A stretch of DNA of 64,000 nucleotides from Minisyncoccia bacterium (GCA_965656375.1 CBFHKH010000001.1:708291-772290), one strand, 5' to 3'; positions 33,850-43,128 are shown, counted from the stretch's first letter. Notes: a model not told the origin generated them from the sequence alone. Translations and numbers: made by a program.

Positions 33850-33967
33850 AGCACGAATAATTTTCTGGTGAAAATTTTCTCTGCTCGTCGCTCAAGAAAA
33901 TAATAGCAGGAATACCTGCTTTATTTTCTAAACTCCTGCGCAAGGCTTTCTAAAGCATAGCTATCTT
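33831..33967 (+). repeat. copy 2 of the structured intergenic element; outer 22-23-bp stem includes the rnhA stop codon
   Basis: 5' arm aagatagctatgctttataaagc pairs with 3' arm gctttctaaagcatagctatctt (1 mismatch). Core CTCTGCTCGTCGCTCAAGAAAATAATAGCAGGAATACCTGCTTTATTTTCTAAACTCCTGCGCAAGG. Confidence 0.7.
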
Positions 33968-34023
33968 TCGCTCGAAAAACTTTTAATTTTTATATTTATT
34001 TTATTTCTCTCTTTTATACTAGA

Positions 34024-35331
34024 GTGGTGATTTCAAAGAAAGAAATCTGTATACTCGGTATCTTTCTCGTGATTGCGCTTGTGCGCTTTTTCTTTTTTAT
34101 GCCAGAGGCACCAGCGTATGATGATGCAATAGGGGAGAATGTACTCGTTGAAGGTGAAGTAGTAGAACCACCTGATATACGAGTATACAATCAACGTTTG
34201 ACTGTGAAGCCTCGCAACCAGGACACCATTATTCTCGCTGTTGCATCTAAAGACACTGACGTGTCATATGGCGATATCGTTCATGTAGGAGGGATTCTCG
34301 AAGTACCAGAAAACTTTATGACATCGTCAGGAAAAGAGTTTAACTACAAAAGATATCTTGCGAACCAAAATATCTATTTTATTATTAACAAGGCAACTAT
34401 AGAAGTTATTAGAGAAGCTAACGGCAGGAAAATAAAGTCACTTCTCTTTAGATTCAGGAATGCGTATATAAAAAACATTCGGGAAGTTATTCCACCGCCT
34501 GCGAGTGACCTTTCGAATGGTCTCATCTTGGGTGTTCGTGGTGGATTTGATACAACAGTGCGCGATGAATTCATCTCCACTGGCACGATCCATATCATTG
34601 CACTCTCTGGGTACAATGTGACTATCGTTGCTGAAAGTGTGATGAAAATACTCGGGCTCATTTTTGCGCACGTAGTAGGTATCATACTCGGCATGATGGT
34701 CATTGTGCTTTTTGTAGTTCTTTCAGGTGGGTCTGCGACTGCAGTGCGGGCGGGGATCATGGCTGTGATTATACTCCTTGCTCGACTGACAGGCCGCACA
34801 TATGATGCAGGTCGGGCGCTTGTCATTGCAGCACTTTTGATGATTACATATGATCCGCGGGTAATAACTGATATTTCTTTTCAGTTTTCATTTATTGCAA
34901 CTTTTGGTGTATTGTTTCTAACCCCAAAAGTTATAGAGTGGGTGAGATTTATTCCAATCAAATTTGGTTTTCGAGAAGTAGTAGCGACGACACTTGCTGC
35001 CACAATCACAGTTTTGCCGATACTTCTCTATACGACAGGAATTCTTTCTATTGTGTCACTTCCGGCAAATATCTTAATCCTTCCGCTCATACCACTTACT
35101 ATGTTTTTTAGTTTTCTTACCGGAATAGCAGGATTTATATCGCCTGTACTTGCACTCCCATTTGCATATGTTGCTGATTTCCTCCTTTCATACATTCTCT
35201 CTGTTATTCATTTCTTTGCTTCACTCCCATTTGCAAGTGTAACCATACAATCATTCCCACTCATAATAACTCTCATACTTTACGTACTTATTCTCTGGTG
35301 GGTATTTAAGAAACAAAAAGCCATCGGCTAG
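34024..35331 (+). CDS. comEC: ComEC/Rec2-family DNA-uptake channel protein, N-terminal part (OB/DUF4131 plus the competence membrane domain); lacks the metallo-beta-lactamase domain
   Basis: Competence-domain core (…LSNGLILGVRGGFDTTVRDEFISTGTIHIIALSGYNVTIV…). About 9 TM helices. 435 aa. Ends at a shared bidirectional terminator. Confidence 0.7.
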   Translation: MVISKKEICILGIFLVIALVRFFFFMPEAPAYDDAIGENVLVEGEVVEPPDIRVYNQRLTVKPRNQDTIILAVASKDTDVSYGDIVHVGGILEVPENFMTSSGKEFNYKRYLANQNIYFIINKATIEVIREANGRKIKSLLFRFRNAYIKNIREVIPPPASDLSNGLILGVRGGFDTTVRDEFISTGTIHIIALSGYNVTIVAESVMKILGLIFAHVVGIILGMMVIVLFVVLSGGSATAVRAGIMAVIILLARLTGRTYDAGRALVIAALLMITYDPRVITDISFQFSFIATFGVLFLTPKVIEWVRFIPIKFGFREVVATTLAATITVLPILLYTTGILSIVSLPANILILPLIPLTMFFSFLTGIAGFISPVLALPFAYVADFLLSYILSVIHFFASLPFASVTIQSFPLIITLILYVLILWWVFKKQKAIG

Positions 35332-35347
35332 CCGATGGCTTTTTGTT
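35318..35347. terminator. bidirectional terminator shared by comEC(+) and the Fe/Mn-SOD gene (35353..35946, -): aaagccatcggc-tagc-cgatggcttt
   Basis: Perfect 12-bp palindrome with flanking A/T tracts, overlapping the last comEC codons. Confidence 0.65.
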
Positions 35348-35352
35348 TCTTG

Positions 35353-35946
35353 TTATTGTGCGTTTTTGAAATTCTCTTCAATAACCTCCCAGTTGAGATT
35401 TGCAAAAAATGCATCTATGTATTTCTTCTTCTCACTTGTTGGATAGTCATAAACATATGCGTGCTCCCACATATCGATACCGAGGATCCATGAGAGACCA
35501 TTGAGCTGACCCATATGCTGCTCGTCTATCCATGCAGGAATAAGTTGCTTTGATTCTTTGTCCCAGTAAATAACTGCCCAGCCGACTCCGCGAGTCATTG
35601 CGAGATGCGTGAATCCACCAAGCCATGCCTCTACTGATCCCGCTTGTTTCTCCATTTCTTTTTTAAACACTGACCCTGCTGGAAGTTCTTTTGGTCCACC
35701 ACTGAGTGACTCGAAGTATTTCTCATGATTGCGCATGCCGTTAAATTCAAATCCGACTCGACGCATCAACTCTCCGACGATGTAAATATTTTTTTCTGGA
35801 TCAGCCATGAGTTCGCCTACTTTCTCAAATATCAGGTTCGTGTTTTTTACATATCCAGCATAGAGCTTTAGATGCTCTTCGATGTTTTTCGCGCTAATTC
35901 CTTTGAGTATTCCAATATTGAACTTTTTTTCATTGAATTTTTCCAT
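35353..35946 (-). CDS. sodA: Fe/Mn superoxide dismutase
   Basis: C-terminal DMWEHAYVYDY (the D.WEHAYY signature) and N-terminal His ligands. 197 aa. Confidence 0.8.
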   Translation of the reverse strand: MEKFNEKKFNIGILKGISAKNIEEHLKLYAGYVKNTNLIFEKVGELMADPEKNIYIVGELMRRVGFEFNGMRNHEKYFESLSGGPKELPAGSVFKKEMEKQAGSVEAWLGGFTHLAMTRGVGWAVIYWDKESKQLIPAWIDEQHMGQLNGLSWILGIDMWEHAYVYDYPTSEKKKYIDAFFANLNWEVIEENFKNAQ

Positions 35947-36084
35947 ATATGTAATTAAGCAAAGCTTTTCAAGAAAAAATGTCTGGCCTCGCTCCGTTCA
36001 AGAATTTTGTGCGAGGAGATCCGAGGACTTTTTTATTGATAAGGTTTGCGATATTAATACTAATGCTACAATAATAATTATATC

Positions 36085-36951
36085 ATGGAACGTTTGAGGA
36101 AATATCTGCCGTATATATTGATCGCTTTTATCTGTATCCTCGCGATCTGTATTTGGTATACCATCTATACTCGGGAACAGAACAGATATCTTAAAGTTGC
36201 ATTCCTCGATGTAGGGCAAGGAGACTCGATCTATATCGAAGCACCAAATGGTACCCAGATGCTTATTGATGGTGGGCCGGATGATACGGTTCTTCCGCGT
36301 CTGTCTCGGGTGATGCCATGGGGTGATCGATCTATTGATGTAATTTTGGCTACGCATCCTGATGCTGATCATATTGGCGGACTTGCAAGCGTTCTCGAAC
36401 GCTATCGCGTACCCCGGATTATTGTAAATGGAGGAGAAGTACAGACAAAAATATTTGATCGCCTCGAAAATGCGATAGAGAAAAACAATATAGAAACTAT
36501 CACTGCACGTCGCGGTATGCATATACTCCTTGATAAAGAAAAAAATATTTATTTTGATATTTTGTTTCCTGATCGGGATGTATCGGGATGGAAAGAAACA
36601 AATGACGGCTCGATAGTAGGGAAGCTTGTCTATGGAGATGAATCATTCATGTTCACCGGCGATGCAACATTCTATACAGAAAATCTGATTATGCAGAATG
36701 AAAATCCTGACACGCTTGAGGCTGATGTCCTTAAACTAGGTCATCATGGATCTCATACATCATCGAGTTTATTGTGGCTCGAGAAAGTCCACCCTGAGAT
36801 TGCCATCATTTCTGCTGGTAAAAATAATCGGTATGGTCACCCACACCAGGATGTACTCGATCGATTGTTGCAATTACGTATTCCATACCTCACTACGTAC
36901 GAGCATAATACAGTGCTTCTTAAAACAGATGGAATAAAAATATTTGAATAG
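36085..36951 (+). CDS. membrane-anchored metallo-beta-lactamase-fold protein (stand-alone ComEC C-terminal-type nuclease domain)
   Basis: HPDADHIGG (H.H.DH motif), …GDATFYTE…, …LKLGHHGSHTSSS…. N-terminal TM helix. Confidence 0.7.
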   Translation: MERLRKYLPYILIAFICILAICIWYTIYTREQNRYLKVAFLDVGQGDSIYIEAPNGTQMLIDGGPDDTVLPRLSRVMPWGDRSIDVILATHPDADHIGGLASVLERYRVPRIIVNGGEVQTKIFDRLENAIEKNNIETITARRGMHILLDKEKNIYFDILFPDRDVSGWKETNDGSIVGKLVYGDESFMFTGDATFYTENLIMQNENPDTLEADVLKLGHHGSHTSSSLLWLEKVHPEIAIISAGKNNRYGHPHQDVLDRLLQLRIPYLTTYEHNTVLLKTDGIKIFE

Positions 36952-36953
36952 AT

Positions 36954-37021
36954 GCTTCATCAAAGAATACATTTGAAAGGTCCTCGGGTAGGGTCACCAG
37001 ACCATTTCAAATGTATTCTTT
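36954..37021. terminator. long perfect hairpin (18-bp stem caaagaatacatttgaaa / tttcaaatgtattctttg, 27-nt loop)
   Basis: Seen directly. Lies between the MBL gene (+) and rpmB (-). Confidence 0.5.
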
Positions 37022-37049
37022 GACTACGCATTCGTTATTATGACTATAT

Positions 37050-37086
37050 AAAATAAAATCCTCACACTAGTGAGGATTTTATTTTA
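37050..37086. terminator. bidirectional terminator aaaatcctcac-acta-gtgaggatttt (serves rpmB on the minus strand)
   Basis: 11-bp perfect stem flanked by A- and T-tracts, immediately 3' of rpmB. Confidence 0.65.
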
Positions 37087-37324
37087 TGATTCCAGCTTTC
37101 TTGAGGACTGTATATGCACCATGTTTGTTGATAGTTTTGATTGCCTGGGTTGAGATTGTGAGTGGGAAGTATTTCTTAAGCTCTGGCACATAAACACGCT
37201 TTTTCTGAAGGTTCGGATACTTGCGGACCATGCCAGTTGGGTTGAATTTAGTAGCACGAACTACGTTTGAGTAGCCGCCTGCCATCCGAGAGCCCTTTTT
37301 AGTTATTTCGCATACTTTCGCCAT
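37079..37324 (-). CDS. rpmB: 50S ribosomal protein L28
   Basis: MAKVCEITKKG…GYSNVVRATKF… is typical L28. 81 aa. Confidence 0.8.
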   Translation of the reverse strand: MAKVCEITKKGSRMAGGYSNVVRATKFNPTGMVRKYPNLQKKRVYVPELKKYFPLTISTQAIKTINKHGAYTVLKKAGIIK

Positions 37325-37358
37325 ATGTGACCCCTATGCTATCATAGAGAGCATACAT

Positions 37359-38003
37359 ATGCAAGCCATTGACGGAATCTTCTATGTCGCGATACTCATC
37401 ATGTCTGTAGTGGTCCATGAATTTGCTCATGGATACACAGCCTATCTTCTTGGCGACGATACTGCGAGGTTGAAGGGTCGCCTGACACTGAATCCTCTCA
37501 AACATTTGGATATATTCGGCTCAGTCTTACTCCCGCTCCTTCTTATCATTTCAAAAGCAGGATTTCTCATCGGATGGGCGCGACCAGTGCCATACAATCC
37601 CAATAATCTTCGAAATGGCCAGAAGGGAACGGTTCTCGTAGCTGTCGCTGGTATCCTTGCCAACATTCTCCTTGCTTGTATCTTTGGGCTTTTGATTCGT
37701 TTTGCGCCATATCTTGGCCTTCCTCCCTACAGCATGGATCCATTGCTGCTCCATCCGTTTTATAAAATAACTACAATAATCGTCTTCACTAATTTAGTCC
37801 TCGCGCTCTTTAACTTGATCCCAATCCCACCACTTGATGGCTCCAAGATCCTATTCTCATTGCTTCCGAATTCGCTTCGTGATATCGAGAACTTCCTTGA
37901 GCGATGGGGAATGTTCGTACTCCTATTCTTTATCATATTTATCTGGGGATATTTCTCACCACTTATATATCTTGCCTTCTCTTTACTCACAGGCATTAGA
38001 TAG
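37359..38003 (+). CDS. site-2 protease family (peptidase M50) zinc metalloprotease
   Basis: HEFAHG (HExxH) in the first TM helix. Multi-TM. 214 aa. Confidence 0.7.
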   Translation: MQAIDGIFYVAILIMSVVVHEFAHGYTAYLLGDDTARLKGRLTLNPLKHLDIFGSVLLPLLLIISKAGFLIGWARPVPYNPNNLRNGQKGTVLVAVAGILANILLACIFGLLIRFAPYLGLPPYSMDPLLLHPFYKITTIIVFTNLVLALFNLIPIPPLDGSKILFSLLPNSLRDIENFLERWGMFVLLFFIIFIWGYFSPLIYLAFSLLTGIR

Positions 38004-38037
38004 TCCTTGCATGTTTTCTGTTGTATACTAGAGGTAT

Positions 38038-39945
38038 ATGACACGAACATCCCCTCAAAAAATCGTTTCTCGCCGTTCAATGTTTATCACAGGGGGGTTC
38101 TTTATTGCGCTCTCTCTCGCATATATCTCTGCCTTTGCAAATCCACCCGGTTCTCCATATCAGGCTGGTGCCACGCTTGATCCTACATGTGCCCCGGGAG
38201 ATACCAACTGTTTCGTACAGATCATTCCTGATCAGACAGGCCATGCGGGAGAATATCTAACTACTGATGGTAGTGTGATGAGTTGGGCGAGTGTGACCGT
38301 ATCGCCAAATTTGCAGCAGGTGACTACTGCAGGAAATACCACCGATACGGATATTGTAATAGCTGACTCTGGTGGCGGCGACAAATTTTTCAGTATTAAG
38401 CCTGTAGGTACTACTTACCCCGTTATTTCATTGCGAGGAAGCACGATACAAGGAGGAACACTGATACTCTCTGATGGATTGGATACATATAGAAGCTTCA
38501 TAGGAACAGCAATATTGTCAGCCAATCAAACTATTAATTTCCCAAATGCAAGCGGCACGGTAGCTCTTTTGTCTACTACATGGGGTCTACAAGGTAATGC
38601 AGGTACCATTCCAGGAACTGATTTCATTGGAACTACTGATAATGTTGATTTAGTCCTAAAAAGAAATAATGTTGAAACATTTAGGTTGAGAGATAACTAT
38701 GCAGTTCAGATGGGATCTAGTACTACTGCATCAGGCCCCAAGTCTTTATCTATAGGTGAAAATACACTCGCTTCTGGAGATATTTCAGTAGCAATGGGAT
38801 TTGGTTCAGTTTCATCAGGTGCCGTTTCTGCTGCTTTTGGAACAAGCACAGCTTCAGGCACCACTTCTATTGCAATGGGGGCAGGAACAACTGCATCAGG
38901 AAATTATTCGACATCAATAGGTGTTTCATCAATAGCATCTGGAGAAATATCTTCTGCGTTAGGGTATTTTACAGAATCAAAATCATATGGAGGTACGGTG
39001 GTAGGAATTTTTAATGATTCAACCAATGCTGCATCACCTACTAGTACTAATCCTTTAAATAGAATATTTCAAATTGGTAATGGTACAGCGAACAATGCTC
39101 GGTCAAATGCAATGACGGTATTAGGTAACGGTAATATCGGTATTGGCAATCTCACCCCCGGCTTCCTCCTCCACGTAGGCTCCTCATCCATCACTGACGG
39201 CACCACACTCATGAGATTACAAGACACAAACTCAGTCTGTGACTTCAATGCAAACACTGGAGCCCCAACCTGCGGTTCAGACCTCACCCTCAAGAAAGAT
39301 GTTACCTCACTCTCAACATCAGATCTCCTTTCCAAGATCTCATCCCTCAACCCCGTCTCATACCACTGGCTCACTGAAGGCACATCCGCACCACTCCAGT
39401 ACGGATTCATCGCTCAAGAAGTCGCTACTCAATTCCCAGACCTCGTTACAGATCATACCTGGATCGATGGCACCACCCGCAAGTTCTTAAACATGAGTGG
39501 TCTCATGCCATATGTGGTGGGTGCGGTGAGGGAGATGAATATTAAACTGAGTGGTATAAGCGATATATCTACACCAAATCCATGGCGCGATGTTCTTACT
39601 GCATGGCTTTCAAATGCGACGAATCGCATCAGTCGTATATTCACCGGAGAGATTTGCCTCACTGATCCGGATGGAAGTTCTGAATGTATTACGAAAAGCG
39701 AACTTCATCAATTGAAGCAATTGCTCAACCAAACTCCACCACCTTCTGGCGGCGGCGGTGGAGGTGGAGACACCCCACCCGCTACAGATACCTGCCCTAA
39801 TATCGATGGTGATCAGGCACAAATTCCGGAAGGATATCATCTCGATGGAAGCACGTGTGTAGAAGATCAAGTCACTCCACCAACTGATGGAGGTACAGAA
39901 GGAACCGATGTTCCACCGGTGGAGATTCCGGCAGGATCAAATTAA
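38038..39945 (+). CDS. surface fibre/adhesin-like protein: N-terminal signal anchor, Hep_Hag/YadA-head-like Ser/Ala/Gly repeats, C-terminal peptidase-S74 intramolecular chaperone-like domain, poly-Gly linker, short C-terminal tail
   Basis: Repeats …ASG.IS.A.G..S.ASG… Chaperone-like segment DLTLKKDVTSLSTSDLLSKISSLNPVSYHWLTEG…YGFIAQEVATQFPDLVTDHTW…LNMSGLMPYVVGAVREMNIKLSGIS. Followed by GGGGGGG. Confidence 0.55.
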   Translation: MTRTSPQKIVSRRSMFITGGFFIALSLAYISAFANPPGSPYQAGATLDPTCAPGDTNCFVQIIPDQTGHAGEYLTTDGSVMSWASVTVSPNLQQVTTAGNTTDTDIVIADSGGGDKFFSIKPVGTTYPVISLRGSTIQGGTLILSDGLDTYRSFIGTAILSANQTINFPNASGTVALLSTTWGLQGNAGTIPGTDFIGTTDNVDLVLKRNNVETFRLRDNYAVQMGSSTTASGPKSLSIGENTLASGDISVAMGFGSVSSGAVSAAFGTSTASGTTSIAMGAGTTASGNYSTSIGVSSIASGEISSALGYFTESKSYGGTVVGIFNDSTNAASPTSTNPLNRIFQIGNGTANNARSNAMTVLGNGNIGIGNLTPGFLLHVGSSSITDGTTLMRLQDTNSVCDFNANTGAPTCGSDLTLKKDVTSLSTSDLLSKISSLNPVSYHWLTEGTSAPLQYGFIAQEVATQFPDLVTDHTWIDGTTRKFLNMSGLMPYVVGAVREMNIKLSGISDISTPNPWRDVLTAWLSNATNRISRIFTGEICLTDPDGSSECITKSELHQLKQLLNQTPPPSGGGGGGGDTPPATDTCPNIDGDQAQIPEGYHLDGSTCVEDQVTPPTDGGTEGTDVPPVEIPAGSN

Positions 39946-39957
39946 TTTTTATAGCGT

Positions 39958-41985
39958 ATGGTACAGAAACACTACAAAACATTTTTGAAATATATTTTTC
40001 TACTCATGCTTGTGTGTGTATCGTTTAGTGTAGAAGCAGGGAATATCACATCCAATCATACCGCTCAAGTCTGCGAGAATGCCGCATGTACTGTATCGAA
40101 CACCTCTCCAATCAATTTTGGAGTGTTTACTGATCCACTCGCTTCGCCATTTAATGTTACTGTAACTAACACAGAGCTCACCGGGCTCATATGGGGTAAA
40201 TCGTTTGGATGGGTAGTGCTCAATTGTGTAAATACGATAGCACCTGGTGCGCCAGGGGGATTGCCAGGTAGTGGATGTACACCAGCAAACGGCAATTTTA
40301 AAGTTACTAATGACAGTCATGGAAATCTTTCCGGCTGGGCATGGGGAGAAACGAGTGGATGGATAAATTTCAATAGCAAAGCAAATTGCGATCTCGACAA
40401 AAATGGCTTTACCGATGTGGCCTGTGATGGAGACAATACTACTACAGCGATTGTAGATTTCAAGGTTACCATTAACTCCCTTGGGCAGTTTAATGGATAT
40501 GCGTGGGCTCAAAATCAAGGATATATAAAATTCGATTGTCCAAATTCAGACTACTGCGTAGAGACAACATGGCGGCCACCATCTGATGGAGGCGGAGGCG
40601 GTGGCGGCGGGGGAGGTCCGACAAAGTGTGTTGATCCGAATGCTACAAACAACGGAGGTCCACTTCCGTGCACGTATCCGCCATACTGCACGCTTCACCC
40701 TACTGATCCATCATGCGTAACTCATCCACCGTATTGTACGCAATATCCGAATGACCCAAGCTGTAATCCGCCACCACCTCCATACTGTGCTACTCATCCT
40801 ACGGACCCGGCATGTAATCCAACTCCGACATTCTGCACTCTCTATCCAACGGATCCAGCATGTACAACTCCTCCCTCATACTGCACGCTTCACCCTACTG
40901 ATCCATCATGCGTACCACCACCTGGATGTACGGGGACAAATTGTATTGTGCCACCACCGGGATGCACTGGTCCCAGTTGTATCAATCCGCCAGTGTGCCT
41001 TTACTGTACGCTCATAGACCCTATTAAAGAAATTCCTGGAGGAATTATTGGGAAAATCATTATTGGAGCGGGTGCTCTCTTTGGTGCGATATTTACCTTC
41101 TCGACAGCTCTCTTTGCAAATCCGATCACATTCTCTGAAATATTCCTTATCCCAATTCGTTTGTGGAGTCTGTTCCTCTCTGCGCTTGGACTTAAAAAGC
41201 GCAATCGTCCATGGGGTATCGTCTATGATAGCGTTACCAAGCAACCGCTTGACCCTGCATATGTCATTCTTCAGGATTTGGAAGGCAATGAAGTCACTAC
41301 TTCGATCACTGATCTTGATGGTCGGTATGGATTCCTTGTTCCGGCTGGCAAGTATCGTATGATTGCCCACAAGACGAATTATGAATTCCCATCGCGAAAG
41401 CTCGCAGGCAAGAAGAGCGATGAACTGTATTCTGATCTGTATTTCAATGAAATCATTACCATAAATGAGGATGAAGTGATCACAAAAAATATTCCGATGG
41501 ATCCACTCAATTTCGATTGGAATGAATTTGCGAAGCGCGACCAGAAGCTGATGAAATTCTATTCTGTACGCGATGTATGGATTACTCGACTTGTGAACAC
41601 GCTCTTCTACTTTGGGTTTGCTTTAACAACAGTCGCGGTTATCGTCACGCCAGTGACATACAACATAGTTACCTTTATTCTCTACATTGTACTCTTTACT
41701 CTTAAACATACCGTCCTCAAGCCTCGGCCGTTTGGTAAGATTCGCTACAAGGGAAGTGGCATACCGGTTTCATTTGCAGTTCTCCGTGTATTTGCCGCAT
41801 CTATCGATCGCGAGGTGATAAAGAAAGTAAGTGACAGAAATGGTAAATATTACTGTCTTGTTCCAAATGGAACCTACTATGTAAAGATAGAACAGAAGAA
41901 TGTCGATGAAAGTTATAGTCCACTCTATACCTCAGCTCCGATTGAAGTCAAAAATGGCTATATAAACAAGAAATTTGAAGTGTAA
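39958..41985 (+). CDS. secreted/membrane repeat protein: signal peptide, poly-Gly (11 residues), six tandem Cys-containing 13-aa repeats ([YF]C[TA][LQT][HY]P[TN]DP[SA]C), multi-TM segment, carboxypeptidase-regulatory/CnaB-like beta-sandwich domain
   Basis: Read directly from the translation. Signal peptide MVQKHYKTFLKYIFLLMLVCVSFSVEAG. Confidence 0.5.
   Translation: MVQKHYKTFLKYIFLLMLVCVSFSVEAGNITSNHTAQVCENAACTVSNTSPINFGVFTDPLASPFNVTVTNTELTGLIWGKSFGWVVLNCVNTIAPGAPGGLPGSGCTPANGNFKVTNDSHGNLSGWAWGETSGWINFNSKANCDLDKNGFTDVACDGDNTTTAIVDFKVTINSLGQFNGYAWAQNQGYIKFDCPNSDYCVETTWRPPSDGGGGGGGGGGPTKCVDPNATNNGGPLPCTYPPYCTLHPTDPSCVTHPPYCTQYPNDPSCNPPPPPYCATHPTDPACNPTPTFCTLYPTDPACTTPPSYCTLHPTDPSCVPPPGCTGTNCIVPPPGCTGPSCINPPVCLYCTLIDPIKEIPGGIIGKIIIGAGALFGAIFTFSTALFANPITFSEIFLIPIRLWSLFLSALGLKKRNRPWGIVYDSVTKQPLDPAYVILQDLEGNEVTTSITDLDGRYGFLVPAGKYRMIAHKTNYEFPSRKLAGKKSDELYSDLYFNEIITINEDEVITKNIPMDPLNFDWNEFAKRDQKLMKFYSVRDVWITRLVNTLFYFGFALTTVAVIVTPVTYNIVTFILYIVLFTLKHTVLKPRPFGKIRYKGSGIPVSFAVLRVFAASIDREVIKKVSDRNGKYYCLVPNGTYYVKIEQKNVDESYSPLYTSAPIEVKNGYINKKFEV
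40675..40930 (+). repeat. intragenic tandem DNA repeats of about 39 nt encoding the PTDPxC peptide repeats; two units are identical over 37 nt
   Basis: tactgcacgcttcaccctactgatccatcatgcgta occurs twice, at about 40684 and about 40878. Confidence 0.7.
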
Positions 41986-41989
41986 AAAG

Positions 41990-42027
41990 GAAGACCCTCG
42001 ACCAAAATCGGGGGTCTTGCTTTTTTA
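41990..42027 (+). terminator. rho-independent terminator (agaccctcg…cgggggtct followed by a T-run)
   Basis: Stem plus TTTTTT about 6 nt after the stop. Confidence 0.6.
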
Positions 42028-42083
42028 TCCCCTCTATAGTAAAGTGTTCTGACTAGTCGAATCGCGACTTTTTTAGTTTACAT

Positions 42084-42512
42084 ATGCCAACAATCAATCA
42101 ATTGGTTCGAAAGAGCCGTAAAATTACAAAAAGAAAGTCCAAGGCCGTAGCTCTTGCTCGCGGTTTTAATTCGATCAAGAACAAACCAGTATTTTACCCA
42201 GCTCCTTTTAAGCGTGGTGTGTGTACAAAAGTTTCTACTACTACCCCAAAGAAGCCGAACTCAGCGCTCCGAAAGATCGCCCGTGTTCGCCTTACGAACG
42301 GCATGGAAGTAACTGCATATATCCCAGGTGAAGGACACAATCTTCAGGAACACTCTGTAGTTATGATCCGCGGTGGACGCGTGAAGGACTTGATCGGAGT
42401 ACGATATCACATTGTCCGCGGACGTCTGGATGCGACAGGAGTAGACAAGCGTCGTCAGTCACGAAGTCTCTATGGTGCAAAAGCTCCAAAGAAAGACGCA
42501 GCAAAGAAATAA
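42084..42512 (+). CDS. rpsL: 30S ribosomal protein S12
   Basis: [13 protein letters not shown]… and [10 protein letters not shown] are canonical S12. Confidence 0.9.
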   Translation: MPTINQLVRKSRKITKRKSKAVALARGFNSIKNKPVFYPAPFKRGVCTKVSTTTPKKPNSALRKIARVRLTNGMEVTAYIPGEGHNLQEHSVVMIRGGRVKDLIGVRYHIVRGRLDATGVDKRRQSRSLYGAKAPKKDAAKK

Positions 42513-42537
42513 TCCCAAAAATCTAGTATCTTAATTT

Positions 42538-43008
42538 ATGCGAAGAAAAATCAAAAATCGAAATATCGTAGACGCTGACATCATGTACAACTCTCAAAAG
42601 TTGGGCAAGTTCATCAATAACATCATGCAAGATGGCAAGAAGGAGACCGCACGCAAAGCAGTATATCTCGCTTTTGATATGATCAAAGAAAAGACTGGTA
42701 ATCCAAACCCACTCGAAGTATTCGACACTGCAATCAAAAATGCAGGTCCGATGGTAGAAGTTCGCTCACGTCGTATCGGTGGTGCAAACTACCAGGTCCC
42801 TCGTGAAGTTCGCCCAGAACGACGCCAAGCACTCGCAATGCGATGGATAATCCTCGCTGCTCGTAGCAAGAAAGGCGCTCCGATCCATGTGAAGCTTGCA
42901 GAAGAATTGATACTTGCTTCAAAGAACGAAGGAACAGCTATCAAGAAGCGTGATGATACGCACAAGATGGCAGAATCAAACAAGGCTTTCGCACACTTCG
43001 CTTGGTAA
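42538..43008 (+). CDS. rpsG: 30S ribosomal protein S7
   Basis: Canonical S7 (…KFINNIMQDGKKETARKAVY…). 156 aa. Follows rpsL. Confidence 0.9.
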   Translation: MRRKIKNRNIVDADIMYNSQKLGKFINNIMQDGKKETARKAVYLAFDMIKEKTGNPNPLEVFDTAIKNAGPMVEVRSRRIGGANYQVPREVRPERRQALAMRWIILAARSKKGAPIHVKLAEELILASKNEGTAIKKRDDTHKMAESNKAFAHFAW

Positions 43009-43028
43009 TATACTCTTTATATCCACTC

Positions 43029-43062
43029 ACAAAACTCCCTTTTCGGGGAGTTTTGTTTTGAT
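43029..43062 (+). terminator. terminator-like hairpin aaaactccc-tttt-cggggagtttt after rpsG
   Basis: Perfect 10-bp stem with a T-rich tail. Confidence 0.6.
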
Positions 43063-43128
43063 TGCAAATTTTAGCTGTATATTGTATATTCTAGGGACAT
43101 TAAGACGCGAAGGTCTTTTTTTCTTTAC

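Noticed and set aside
38038-41985. Prophage/tail-fibre gene cluster
   Set aside because: Only the domain architecture of one protein is phage-like. The neighbours are an M50 protease, rpmB and rpsL, with no integrase, capsid, terminase or other tail genes. It is better explained as a host surface fibre.
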